A stretch of 64,000 nucleotides of DNA from an uncultured Actinomycetes bacterium (GCA_963842235.1 CAWJFT010000001.1:882368-946367), one strand, 5' to 3'. Shown: positions 51,417 through 60,602, counted from the stretch's first letter. A program made the numbers and translations. The notes: a model not told the origin generated them from the sequence alone.

Positions 51417-51433
51417 AGTTACAACTTGTTACT
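51417..51433. repeat. 17-nt near-palindrome, copy 3
   Basis: AGTTACAACTTGTTACT, here extended to the 21-nt palindrome CAAGTTACAACTTGTTACTTG. Confidence 0.9.
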
Positions 51434-51476
51434 TGCCCAGTCGGCGAAGCACCCCGAGCGCCTCGAACGGCGAGCT

Positions 51477-52052
51477 TCAGGCGGCGTCTGCGGCGGTCCT
51501 CAGTCCGAGCTCGCCGGCGATCGGCTTCATCGCGTCCGTGACGGTCTGAATGTGCTCGTCCAGCTCGACGCCGAGGAGCTCCGCGCCGGCGTAGACCTCG
51601 TCCCGGTGGACGCCTGCAGCGAATGACGGCTGCTTGAGCTTCTTCTTCACGGACTTCGGAGTCAGCGTCTCGATGCCGTCGGGCCGTACGAGCCCGCAGG
51701 CGTGAATGAACCCGGCCAGCTCGTCGCACGCGAAGAGCGCACGCTTCAGATCGGTATCCCGCGGCATCTCCAGATGCTCCGCGTGCGAGAGCACTGACTC
51801 GATCAGCTCCTCCGGATAGCCCTCCTCGCGCAGGATCGCCGCGCCGTCCTGGGGGTGTTGGTCGAGCGTCGGATGGATCTCGTAGTCAAAGTCGTGCAGC
51901 AGCGCCGTGGCGGCCCAGAACTCCTCGTCGCCGCCGAATTTCCGCGCATAGGCGCGGGTGGCGGCCTCCACCGCCAGCGCATGACGCAGGAGTGCCTGGC
52001 TCTTCGTATAACGATTGAGGGTCTCCCAAGCCAGGTCCCTAGTGACCTCCAT
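51477..52052 (-). CDS. HD-domain phosphohydrolase
   Basis: C-terminal 191 aa of ORF 51477..53180: [24 protein letters not shown]. Confidence 0.8.
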   Translation of the reverse strand: MEVTRDLAWETLNRYTKSQALLRHALAVEAATRAYARKFGGDEEFWAATALLHDFDYEIHPTLDQHPQDGAAILREEGYPEELIESVLSHAEHLEMPRDTDLKRALFACDELAGFIHACGLVRPDGIETLTPKSVKKKLKQPSFAAGVHRDEVYAGAELLGVELDEHIQTVTDAMKPIAGELGLRTAADAA

Positions 52053-52076
52053 AACACTGAGTACGATAGTCCGCTC

Positions 52077-53390
52077 GTGTCCACGACTCTCGTCGCAGAC
52101 GCACTGATGGAGAGCTTCGTCATCGAGGGGGGCATCCCCCTCGGCGGCCGCGTCTCCGCTGCCGGAAACAAGAACGGCGCGCTGCCGATCCTGGCCGCGA
52201 CGCTGCTCGCGACCGAGCCTGTGGTGCTGAGCAACGTCCCGCGGATCCGGGACGTCGAGACGATGCTCGCTCTGCTCGCCGATGTCGGAGCCGACGTCGA
52301 CTGGCTCGGGCGGAACGAGGTCCGGATCGACTCCGCCAATGCGAGCAAGTTCGAGCTCGACCCCGAGCTCTGCAGCCGCATCCGCGCATCCTTTCTCCTG
52401 GCCGGCCCACTGCTTGCCCGTTTCGGGCGGGCGAGCGTGCCGCCGCCGGGCGGCGACGTGATCGGAAGGCGCCGGCTCGACCCGCACATCCATGCACTCG
52501 CCGAGCTCGGCGTCGAGATCGAGCTCAACGGCCGCTTCGACATGCAAACGTCGGGCCTTCAGGGGCGGCGGATCTTCCTCGACGAGGCGAGTGTCATGGC
52601 GACCGAGAACGCGATCATGGCCGCTGCGGTGGCGCGCGGCGAGACGGTGATCGGGAACGCCGCCTGCGAGCCGCACGTCCAGGATCTCTGCCGGTTCCTC
52701 TGTTCGCTTGGGGCGAGCATCGAGGGGATTGGCTCGAACGTCTTGCGGATCCGCGGCGTTCAACAGCTCTCGGGCGGCGAGTGGCGGATCGCTCCGGAGC
52801 ACATCGAGGTCGCGAGCTTCATCGGGCTCGCGGCGGTCACGGGCGGCGACGTGACCGTCGAGAACGTCGACATCGACGACCTGGTATCGATCCTCCCCGT
52901 CTTCGCCCGGCTCGGCGTGCACGTCGAGCTCGGAGAGTCGAGCGTGCGCGTCCCGCCCGGCCAGGAGCTGAAGATCGAGGACGACCTCGGCGACCAGATC
53001 CCGAAGATCGAGGACGGCCCGTGGCCGGCGTTCCCCGCCGACCTGACCTCGATCGCTCTCGCCGTGGCAACGCAAGCGGAGGGCACGGTGCTGATCTTCG
53101 AGAAGATGTTCGAGAACCGGCTGTTCTTCGTGGACAAGCTGGTCAGCATGGGCGCGAGGATCATCCTCTGCGACCCGCACCGCGCCGTCGTCACCGGCCC
53201 CGCGAAGCTGTACGGACAGCGCATGGCCAGTCCGGACATCCGCGCCGGGATGGCGATGTTGATCGCCGGTCTCTGCGCCGAGGGGGTCTCGACGATCGGA
53301 AACGTGGGCGAGATCGACCGCGGCTACGAGCGAATCGACGAACGGCTGCGCGCGCTCGGTGCGCGTATCGAACGCGTGGAGAACGCCTAG
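52077..53390 (+). CDS. murA: UDP-N-acetylglucosamine 1-carboxyvinyltransferase
   Basis: [60 protein letters not shown]. The start is GTG 52077 or ATG 52107. Confidence 0.93.
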   Translation: MSTTLVADALMESFVIEGGIPLGGRVSAAGNKNGALPILAATLLATEPVVLSNVPRIRDVETMLALLADVGADVDWLGRNEVRIDSANASKFELDPELCSRIRASFLLAGPLLARFGRASVPPPGGDVIGRRRLDPHIHALAELGVEIELNGRFDMQTSGLQGRRIFLDEASVMATENAIMAAAVARGETVIGNAACEPHVQDLCRFLCSLGASIEGIGSNVLRIRGVQQLSGGEWRIAPEHIEVASFIGLAAVTGGDVTVENVDIDDLVSILPVFARLGVHVELGESSVRVPPGQELKIEDDLGDQIPKIEDGPWPAFPADLTSIALAVATQAEGTVLIFEKMFENRLFFVDKLVSMGARIILCDPHRAVVTGPAKLYGQRMASPDIRAGMAMLIAGLCAEGVSTIGNVGEIDRGYERIDERLRALGARIERVENA

Positions 53391-53551
53391 TGCCCCATCC
53401 AGTAATACATGCCGGCTTCTGGCCCGCGATCACGCGGCGCCAGAGCCCACCCTCCTCCTCACCAAGGTCTACAGACCTTGGCTCGTCGGAGTGCGAACTC
53501 TGGCTTGGTGCTCGCGACCCAGAATTCCGGCGGCATTACTGGAAGGGGCAC
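53390..53551. mobile_element. MITE copy B (162 bp)
   Basis: GTGCCCCATCCAGTAATAC ... GCATTACTGGAAGGGGCAC, flanked by TA/TA. It lacks the 64-nt internal module of copy A. Confidence 0.8.
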
Positions 53552-53568
53552 TAGCGCCGCGTTTCGCG

Positions 53569-54093
53569 ATGCCGGCGGGGGAGGAGGCCACGACGCTTCA
53601 GGCACGCGTGTCGCTCGGCGGGAACGGGCGCACCGAGGTCTCCACGGGCCTGCCGGTGCTCGACCATCTGCTGGAGCTGTTGGCGGAGCGCGCCGGACTG
53701 GATCTGCAGCTGGAAGTGGCCCCTGGAGGGCCCGACGCGGCTACGGCCGCCGCCGGGCGTGCCCTCGGAGAGGCGCTCCGCGAGCTCCTGTTCGCCGGAG
53801 AAGCCAAAGGCTATGGCTCGGCGATCGCCCCCGCAGACGAGGCACTGGCGAACGTCGCGCTCGAGGCGTCGAACCGGCCGCTGCTGGTCTCGAACGTCGA
53901 TCTGTCCGACGCACACGTCGCGGGTCTCGACCGCGATCTCGTCTCGGGGTTCCTGAGCGAACTTTCCGAAGCCGCGGGGCTGACGCTCCATGTGCGGCTC
54001 CTTCACGGAGAGGACGCGCGGCACGTGCTCGAGGCGATCTTCAAGGCCCTCGGAGGAGCGCTGGCTGCGGCCGGAGCTCAGCGAAAGGAGTGA
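53569..54093 (+). CDS. imidazoleglycerol-phosphate dehydratase-like protein, divergent
   Basis: TGLPVLDHLLELL, PADEAL and TLHVRLLHGEDARHVLEAIFKALGGAL follow the IGPD fold pattern, but the HHxxED motif is missing. Confidence 0.7.
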   Translation: MPAGEEATTLQARVSLGGNGRTEVSTGLPVLDHLLELLAERAGLDLQLEVAPGGPDAATAAAGRALGEALRELLFAGEAKGYGSAIAPADEALANVALEASNRPLLVSNVDLSDAHVAGLDRDLVSGFLSELSEAAGLTLHVRLLHGEDARHVLEAIFKALGGALAAAGAQRKE

Positions 54094-54095
54094 CG

Positions 54096-54485
54096 ATGGG
54101 AGAAAAGGAGGTCGTGCGCACCGAGCGAGCGCCGGCGCCGTTCCAGGGCGCGCCGTACTCGCAGGCCATCCGCGCAAACGGATTTGTCTTCGTTTCCGGC
54201 CAACTGGCGCTCGACCCGGATCACGCGGAGATCGTCGGGGAGTCGATCCAGGAGCAGACGGAGAAGATCTTCGACAATCTCCAGGCGATCCTCGAGGAGG
54301 CCGGCTCGGGGCTCGATCGCATCGTCAAGACGACGGTCTTTCTGCTCGATCTGAACGACTTCCCGGGCATGAACGAGGTCTATGCGCGCCGCGTCGGGGA
54401 GCCTCCGCCGGCCCGCGCGACGGTCGAGATCTCGAACCTTCCCTCCGGCGCCAAGATCGAGATCGAGGCGATAGCGCTCGCTTGA
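54096..54485 (+). CDS. ridA: RidA/YjgF-family reactive intermediate deaminase
   Basis: APAPFQGAPYSQAI..NGFVFVSGQL, KTTVFL.DLNDF, NEVY, PARATVE, IEIEAIA. Confidence 0.9.
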   Translation: MGEKEVVRTERAPAPFQGAPYSQAIRANGFVFVSGQLALDPDHAEIVGESIQEQTEKIFDNLQAILEEAGSGLDRIVKTTVFLLDLNDFPGMNEVYARRVGEPPPARATVEISNLPSGAKIEIEAIALA

Positions 54486-54508
54486 GAGCGTTCGCTCACG
54501 GGCTGGTA

Positions 54509-54925
54509 CTAATGGCCGATCTCCCAGATGTGACCTCCCGGATCGCGGAAGCTGGCAGTGCGGATCCCCCAGGGACGATCCATCGGCCCGTTCAGCAGTT
54601 CGACTCCGCGGCGCTTCAGTTCGTCGACCATCGCATCCACGTCGTCTACACCGAGCGTGAATTGGAACCTGACACCCGCGTCGGGAGTCGCGACCTTCGC
54701 AGGCGCGATGAGCCCGGGCGCTTCGCTCGCCTCCAGCAGGTTGACGAGAGTGTCACCGAACTTGAAGACGGTCGAGTTGTCGTCTTCGAAGAAGACCGGG
54801 AGCTGAAAGACGTCGCTGTAGAAACGCTTCGCGACCGCCAAGTCCTCCACGAATAACGTGATCGCAGCGATCCCTCCGGGCCACGCCGCCTGGTTGTTTT
54901 CGTCCCTACGAGTCGGCTCGCTCAT
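54509..54925 (-). CDS. VOC (glyoxalase/bleomycin-resistance) family protein
   Basis: ITLFVEDLAVAKRFY, RTASFRDPGGHIWEI. Confidence 0.85.
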   Translation of the reverse strand: MSEPTRRDENNQAAWPGGIAAITLFVEDLAVAKRFYSDVFQLPVFFEDDNSTVFKFGDTLVNLLEASEAPGLIAPAKVATPDAGVRFQFTLGVDDVDAMVDELKRRGVELLNGPMDRPWGIRTASFRDPGGHIWEIGH

Positions 54926-54946
54926 GCATCCAAATCGGCGCGTCAG

Positions 54947-55486
54947 CTATGCCCAGGGGAGGCGGTCCCAGTACGACGGCCGCCCCGGCTTTGCCCGCTC
55001 GAATCGCGCGTACGCCTGCCTCGGGTCGGACGTCTCTTCCTCCGCGCTCGCGCCGTAGCGCGCCGCGAGCTCCGACAGCGGGTAGAACAGTTGCTCGTCC
55101 TCGGATCGCGCACCGACCATCAGGATCGAGCAGGGCCCGTCTCCGGCGCCGACGAAGACATGCTCGGTTCCGGCGGGGCAGTGGAAGAAATCCCACGGAC
55201 GGAGGGGCCGCTCCTCACCGTCGACGAGCAGCCTGCATTCCCCGGAGAGCACGAGGAACCCCTCCTGCTGCGACTCGGAGTGGTAGAGGCAGTTCGGCTC
55301 GCCAGGCTCCAGGACGCTGAGGTTGATGCCGAGCTGCTGGAACTCGGACTGCTGGCTCTCGAACCCGCACCCTGAGCCGAACGTCTCCGACGTCACCCAC
55401 TCGGCATCCCGCACGTTCACGACGAACCAGCCGTCGCTGCCGGGCGTGAGGCCTGAGCCGGAGTCATCGAGCCGCGCCTCGGGCAT
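54947..55486 (-). CDS. cupin-domain protein
   Basis: YHSESQQEGFLVLSGEC.LLV.GEE..L..WDFFHCPAGTEHVF is a single cupin barrel. Confidence 0.8.
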   Translation of the reverse strand: MPEARLDDSGSGLTPGSDGWFVVNVRDAEWVTSETFGSGCGFESQQSEFQQLGINLSVLEPGEPNCLYHSESQQEGFLVLSGECRLLVDGEERPLRPWDFFHCPAGTEHVFVGAGDGPCSILMVGARSEDEQLFYPLSELAARYGASAEEETSDPRQAYARFERAKPGRPSYWDRLPWA

Positions 55487-55514
55487 GCCGCGAGTCTAAG
55501 ACACAATCTCGGGT

Positions 55515-58074
55515 GTGAAGGCACCCGAGGTCATTGCGACTCACACGAACACCGACTTCGACGCGTTCGCGGCGATGTTCGCCGCGCGCCGGCTCTACCC
55601 GGATGCGGTCGTCTGCGTGTCCGCCGCGCTCAACCGGAACGTGCGCGAGTTCTACCGCCTGCACGCGGACGAGCTCGACGCGGTCGAGGTCTCCCGAATC
55701 GAGCCCGAGGCGATCAGGCGCCTGATCGTCGTCGAGACCATGAGTGCGTCGCGCCTCGGGGAGCTGGAGCAGGTCGCGCTCGATCCGGATGTTGAGAAGG
55801 TCATCTTCGACCACCATCACGGCGGCGACCTGCCCGAGTGGGTCAAGCAGGAAAACGCGGTCGTCTCGCAGGACGGCGCGCTGACGACGACGCTCGTCGG
55901 CATCATCGCCGAGCGAGAGCTCTCGGTCACAGCCCTCGAGGCAACCGCCTTTGCGCTCGCGATCCACGAGGACACCGGCTCGCTGACCTACCCGACGGCG
56001 ACCCAGCGTGACGCCGACGCCCTGGCCTGGTGCATGCGCCACGGGGCGAGACAGGAGCTCATCGCCGGGTTCCTGCACACGCCGCTCACCGACGAGGAGC
56101 GTGAGCTGCTCGGCGCGCTCATGGGCTCGATTGAAACCGAGCGCGTCGCAGGAGTCGAGGTGCTCATCACCGCCGCCTCCTGGCCCCGTCACGTCGACGG
56201 CGTCTCCAACCTCGCCCACAAGATCGTCGACCTGACCGACGCGAAGGCGCTCGTCCTGCTGGTCGAGATGGACGACCGCGTGTTCTGCGTGGCCCGAAGC
56301 AGGACGCCGGAGATCGACGCGGCGGCGATCGCGCGAGGCCTGGGCGGCGGCGGTCACCGTGAGGCCGCGTCGGCGATGTTCCGAGGAACGCTCGAGGGGG
56401 CCCGCGCGACGCTCAGCGAGGCGCTCGCCTCGGCGGCCGAGGAGCCGATCCGGGCGGAGCAGGTCATGTCGCGTCCTGCCCGCTGGGTTCCGCCCGAAGA
56501 GTCGGTCAGCCGCGCGATGGTCGCATGCCAGCGCTACGCGCAGAGCGGGATCCTCGTCGTCGAGGAAGGCCGCCTCGTTGGGGCCGTCTCCCGGGAGGAT
56601 CTCGACAAGGCGATCGCCCACGGGCTGTCGCATGCGCCGGTGAAGGGAATCATGAGTTCGCGCGTGGCCACCGTTGAGGCCGCCGCCCCGCTTGCCGAGG
56701 TCCAGGAGGCGCTCGCCGGCTCCCCGGACGGCCGGGTCGCGGTGCTCGACGACGGAGACCTGGTCGGCGTCGTCACCCGCAGCGACCTCCTGCGGGCCCT
56801 GGGCCAGCGCCCCAAGGCGGAGCCCGAGGCAGAGGCCAGTCTCGCCGGCGAGCTCTCGCGGCTCGAGGAGCTTCGGCCCGCCTTCGAGGCGATCGCGGCC
56901 GCAAGCGAGCCGTTCGACGGCGTCTACCTCGTCGGCGGGACCGTTCGCGACATCCTCCTCGGCGAGCCCAACTTCGACGTCGACATCGCGGTCGAAGGTG
57001 ACGCGATCGCGCTGGCGCGCAGCGTGGCGGACGCGCTCGGCGGCCGGGTGCGGGCGCACCAGAAGTTCGGCACCGCCGTCGTGCTCTACGGCGACGACCA
57101 GCGGATCGATGTCGTCACGGCGCGGACGGAGTTCTACGACGCTCCGGCCGCTCTGCCGAGCGTCGAGCACGCGACGATCCGGGAGGACCTCTTCCGGCGC
57201 GACTTCACGATCAACGCTATGGCCGTGTCCCTGAAAGGAGACGACTTCGGCCGCCTCGTCGATCCCTTCCAGGGGCGCCGCGATCTCGAGGCGAAGACGA
57301 TCCGCGTCCTTCACAACCTGTCGTTCATCGACGACCCCACCCGCATCTTTCGCGCGATCCGCTACGAGAGCCGCTACGGCTTCCGGATGGACGAGCACAC
57401 GCAGCGGCTCGCCCGCGGGACGATCGAGATGGGCCTCGTCGGGGACCTTTCCTCCGCCCGGCTCCGCGACGAGCTCATCGCACTCCTGGAGGAGGGTGAC
57501 GCAGGTGCCTCGATCCTCCGGCTGTCCGAGCTCGGCGCCGGCGCCGCGATTCACCCGCATCTGGCGGCGGACGACGAGGCTGTCGAGCTGCTCGAGCGGC
57601 TCATGGAGCTGAACGAGCGCTACGAGGCGGGGATCCCGGCCTGGCGGCTCGCGCTCGCCGCCCTGGCGCGCCGCCTGCCGCCGGACGAGATCTACGACTG
57701 GCTCCGCCGGCTGAAGGTGCAGCGCCGCGACGCCGAGCGGATCGCCTGGGCGGTCACGGTCGGGCCGCGGCTCGTCGAGCGCCTGCGCGGCGATGTTCCC
57801 GAGCCGGCGGAGATCGTCGCGCTCGCCGAGCCGTACGCGCCCGACGCGCCGCTCTTCGCGCTTGCTCTGGCGGATCCGGCGCCGCTCCACCGGTACTTCG
57901 AGGAGCTCCGTGACGTGCGGCTCGAGGTGAGCGGCGCCGATCTCGCCGAGCTCGGCGTGGGGGAGTCTCCGCGCGTCGGGGAGATCCTTGCCGAGCTCCG
58001 CCGCCGGAAGCTGAACGGCCAGCTGGACGGCCGGGAGTCGGAGCTCGCAGGCCGCTCGCGAGCTGATCTCGTGA
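55515..58074 (+). CDS. DHH/DHHA1 - tandem CBS - CCA-adding/poly(A) polymerase-family fusion protein, 3' end frame-shifted
   Basis: THTNTDFDAFAA, FDHHH and GGGGH (DHH/DHHA1). Two CBS motifs. LVGGTVRDILLG..DVDIA and RRDFTINAMA (nucleotidyltransferase). The natural-looking end ELAAARELIS-stop at 58074 is reached only by skipping one G at 58050-58051. Confidence 0.85.
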
Positions 58075-58791
58075 TTCGCTGGGAGACCCCGAGGGCCGTA
58101 CACGGTCGCCTTCTCGACACGGGTCGGCGGCGTCAGCGAAGGGCCGTACGAGTCGCTGAACCTCGGCATCTTCACCGGCGACGACCCCGACTGCGTGGTC
58201 GAGAACCGGCGGCGTCTGGCGGGCAATGCCGGCATCGACCCCGTGCGGACGCGGATGGCGTGGCAGCGCCACGGCCCCGTGGTCAGGCGTGCGTCGCCGG
58301 AGGGAATCCTGACTCCAGGGACGCAGCATGATCCCTGTGACGGGTGGTGGAGTGACGAGCCCGGCCAGGGGATGATGCTCGTCACCGCCGATTGCCTGCC
58401 CGTCGCGATCGCCAGGATGAACGGCGAGCGCCCTGCCCTGGCGATCCTGCATGTCGGCTGGCGCGGCCTCCTCGCGGGGATCGTGCAGAACGGCGTCGAG
58501 GCGCTCGGGGAGCGCCGGCTGGCGGCAGCCATCGGCCCCGGGATCGGGCCCTGCTGCTTCGAGGTCGGCAGCGACGTGGCAGAGCCGTTCGAAGCCGCAT
58601 TCGGGGCCGAGGTGCTCATCGACGGCCGGCTCGATCTCTGGCGGGCGACCGAGCTCGCGCTCAACCGTTCGGGAGTGAGCGATGTCGAGCGCACCGACCT
58701 GTGCTCGTTCTGCCACCCGGAGCTCTTCTTCTCGCACCGCCGTGATCGCGGGACGACCGGCCGCCAGGGCGTGATCGCAGCTGTCGCCTGA
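58071..58791 (+). CDS. pgeF: PgeF/YfiH-family (laccase-domain) protein, 5' end frame-shifted
   Basis: AFSTRVGGVSEGPYESLNLG..GDDP..V.ENRRRL, TADCLPV, LHVGWRG, GPCCFEV, CSFC..FFSHRRD. The conserved N-terminus has no in-frame start unless one C of the run 58087-58090 is skipped to join GTG 58071. Confidence 0.8.
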
Positions 58792-59386
58792 GGAAGTCCG
58801 CGAGCGTTACGAGCGCGTGCGCGCCGAGGTCGGGCCAGACGTGACCGTGGTAGCGGCCACGAAGTACGTGTCTCCGGAGGAGATGTCGGTTCTGGCCGAG
58901 GCCGGGATCGAGGTCGTGGGCGAGAACCGGGCCCAGGATCTCGAGGCGAAGCATGCCGCGCACGGGGACGCATTCCGCTGGCACTTCATCGGCCATCTGC
59001 AGAGCCGCAAGGCGAAGGCGGTGAACGCGATCTGCGAGCTCGTGCACTCGCTGGACTCCGAGTCGGCGGCCCGGCGGCTAGAGGTTCCGGCGCTCGTCCA
59101 GGTCAATCTGGCCGGCGAGGCGTCGAAATCCGGGATCGCCCCGGATGAGCTGGAGGCCTTCCTGGAACGGGCACCGGTCGAGATTCGAGGCCTCTCGACG
59201 ATGCCGCCGCTCGCCTCCGATCCCGAGGAGTCGAGACCCTATTTCCGGCGGCTGCGCGAGCTGGCGGAACGCCTCGGGCTCGAGGAGCTCTCGATGGGCA
59301 CGAGCCAGGATTACCGCGTGGCCGCCGAGGAAGGCGCGACCCTCGTCCGCGTCGGCAGCACCTTGTACGGCCGCGATCCTGGTTAA
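58781..59386 (+). CDS. yggS: YggS-family pyridoxal-phosphate homeostasis protein
   Basis: VVAATKYV, GENRAQD, WHFIGHLQSRK, LSMGTSQDY, VRVGSTLYG. The family-like N-terminus needs CTG 58781; the first canonical start is GTG 58817. Confidence 0.85.
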   Translation: MSPEEVRERYERVRAEVGPDVTVVAATKYVSPEEMSVLAEAGIEVVGENRAQDLEAKHAAHGDAFRWHFIGHLQSRKAKAVNAICELVHSLDSESAARRLEVPALVQVNLAGEASKSGIAPDELEAFLERAPVEIRGLSTMPPLASDPEESRPYFRRLRELAERLGLEELSMGTSQDYRVAAEEGATLVRVGSTLYGRDPG

Positions 59387-59398
59387 CATCCCTGCTCA

Positions 59399-59953
59399 AT
59401 GGGATTTTCAGACGTTTGGAACCGCACCCTCGTCTACTTCGGGATCGCCGAGGAGGACGAGGAAGAGTGGGACGAGGACGGCTACGTCACGAACGAGGAG
59501 CTCGAGCGCACGTACGCCGAGCGCCCCAACGTCCGTCGTCTCTCCACCCGCCGCCGGCAGAGCCGCGAGTTCGACGACTGGACCGATCCGGAGCCGGCGC
59601 CGAGCCGTGCGGCGGCGGCGTCACGTCAGCGGCGCCCCGAGCTCCAGCCGGTGCCTTCGCAGACGAACGCGTCGGTTCGCGTCCATCTCGTCGTTCCGCG
59701 CAGCTTCAACGACGCGCAGACGATCGCCGACCGCTTCAAGGACTACACGCCGGTGATCCTCAACCTCCAGGGCATCGACTCGGAGCTCTCCAAGCGCCTG
59801 ATCGACTTCGCGAGCGGCCTCACGTACGCACTCGACGGCGGCATGCAGCGGATCGCGGACAAGGTGTTCCTCCTGACGCCCGCGAACGTCGAGGTCTCGG
59901 CCGAGCAGCGCGCTCAGCTCCTCGAGCGCGGCGGCTTCTTCAACCAAGCCTGA
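59399..59953 (+). CDS. sepF: cell division protein SepF
   Basis: MGFSDVWNRTLVYFGI, acidic linker, then PRSFNDAQTIADRFKDYTPVILNLQG..RLIDFASGLTYALDG. Confidence 0.9.
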   Translation: MGFSDVWNRTLVYFGIAEEDEEEWDEDGYVTNEELERTYAERPNVRRLSTRRRQSREFDDWTDPEPAPSRAAAASRQRRPELQPVPSQTNASVRVHLVVPRSFNDAQTIADRFKDYTPVILNLQGIDSELSKRLIDFASGLTYALDGGMQRIADKVFLLTPANVEVSAEQRAQLLERGGFFNQA

Positions 59954-59960
59954 CTGATTT

Positions 59961-59986
59961 CGCTGAAAGTCTCACGACTTTCAGCG
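59961..59986 (+). terminator. hairpin after sepF (11-bp stem CGCTGAAAGTC/GACTTTCAGCG, 4-nt loop)
   Basis: Perfect inverted repeat 8 nt after the stop, with no U-tract. Confidence 0.4.
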
Positions 59987-60064
59987 ACTGATATGAAGCC
60001 GGGCGCCGCATCGCTCGCGCGGCCTAGCTGCCGGGTGTCTCTTCCTTCACTCTCGGCCAACCCG

Positions 60065-60089
60065 GCGAAACGGGCGCAGCCCGTTTCGC
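60065..60089 (-). terminator. hairpin after khtT-like gene (11-bp stem GCGAAACGGGC/GCCCGTTTCGC)
   Basis: Perfect inverted repeat with a 3-nt loop, 10 nt beyond the reverse-strand stop. Confidence 0.4.
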
Positions 60090-60098
60090 GGCATAGGC

Positions 60099-60602
60099 CT
60101 ATTCCCCGCTGTCTCCCTGTTCCAGGAGGCGATGGAACGCTGCGTACTGGCCGGCTTTTCCGACCGTGACGAGCGTGTCGCCCTGCTGGATGACGTCGTT
60201 CGGTTGGGCGCCTGACACCGGCTCGGGCTCGCGGAGGATGGCGATGATCGTGATCCCCGTCTTCGCGCGCAGCGCAGCCTCGGCGAGGGTCTTCCCGATC
60301 AGCGGGCTGGAGTCCGGGACCTTGACCCACTCGATCGACAGCTCCCCGAGGGCCATCTCGAGGTCCTCCACGATCTTGGGCCGCTGATAGGCGCCTCCGA
60401 GCAGGGCTCCGAGCTGGCGAGCCTCGTCGTCGTCGAGGGTGATCACGGCGCTCGGCTCCTCGTCGTCGGCGCGCCGGAACCAGTACAGCTCGCGCTTTCC
60501 GTCGTTGTGAAGGATGAGCGAGATCCGGCCGCCAGCGTCGAGGCGGAAGCCGTACTTGACGCCTACACCGGGGAGACGGGCTTCTCGGACATCGATCGGC
60601 AT
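60099..60602 (-). CDS. khtT: cation:proton antiporter regulatory subunit (KhtT-like, RCK_C/TrkA-C domain)
   Basis: ATG 60602, 167 aa. LPGVGVKYGF..., C-terminal GKTLAE..LR..TG..I.AI.R plus GD.L...G. Directly downstream of the CPA2 antiporter. Confidence 0.75.
   Translation of the reverse strand: MPIDVREARLPGVGVKYGFRLDAGGRISLILHNDGKRELYWFRRADDEEPSAVITLDDDEARQLGALLGGAYQRPKIVEDLEMALGELSIEWVKVPDSSPLIGKTLAEAALRAKTGITIIAILREPEPVSGAQPNDVIQQGDTLVTVGKAGQYAAFHRLLEQGDSGE

Noticed and set aside
51350-51433. Mini CRISPR array (two identical repeats with a 50-nt spacer)
   Set aside because: There are only two repeats of 17-21 nt, no cas genes or leader in the window, and a third copy sits inside a coding sequence. 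It is reported instead as an unexplained repeat family.
55464-58973. 1169-aa reverse-strand ORF, the longest ORF in the track
   Set aside because: It is Arg/Pro/Ala-rich and low in complexity, with no recognisable motif. It lies antisense to three well-supported genes (DHH-CBS-CCA fusion, pgeF, yggS). This is the typical open antisense frame of very GC-rich DNA.
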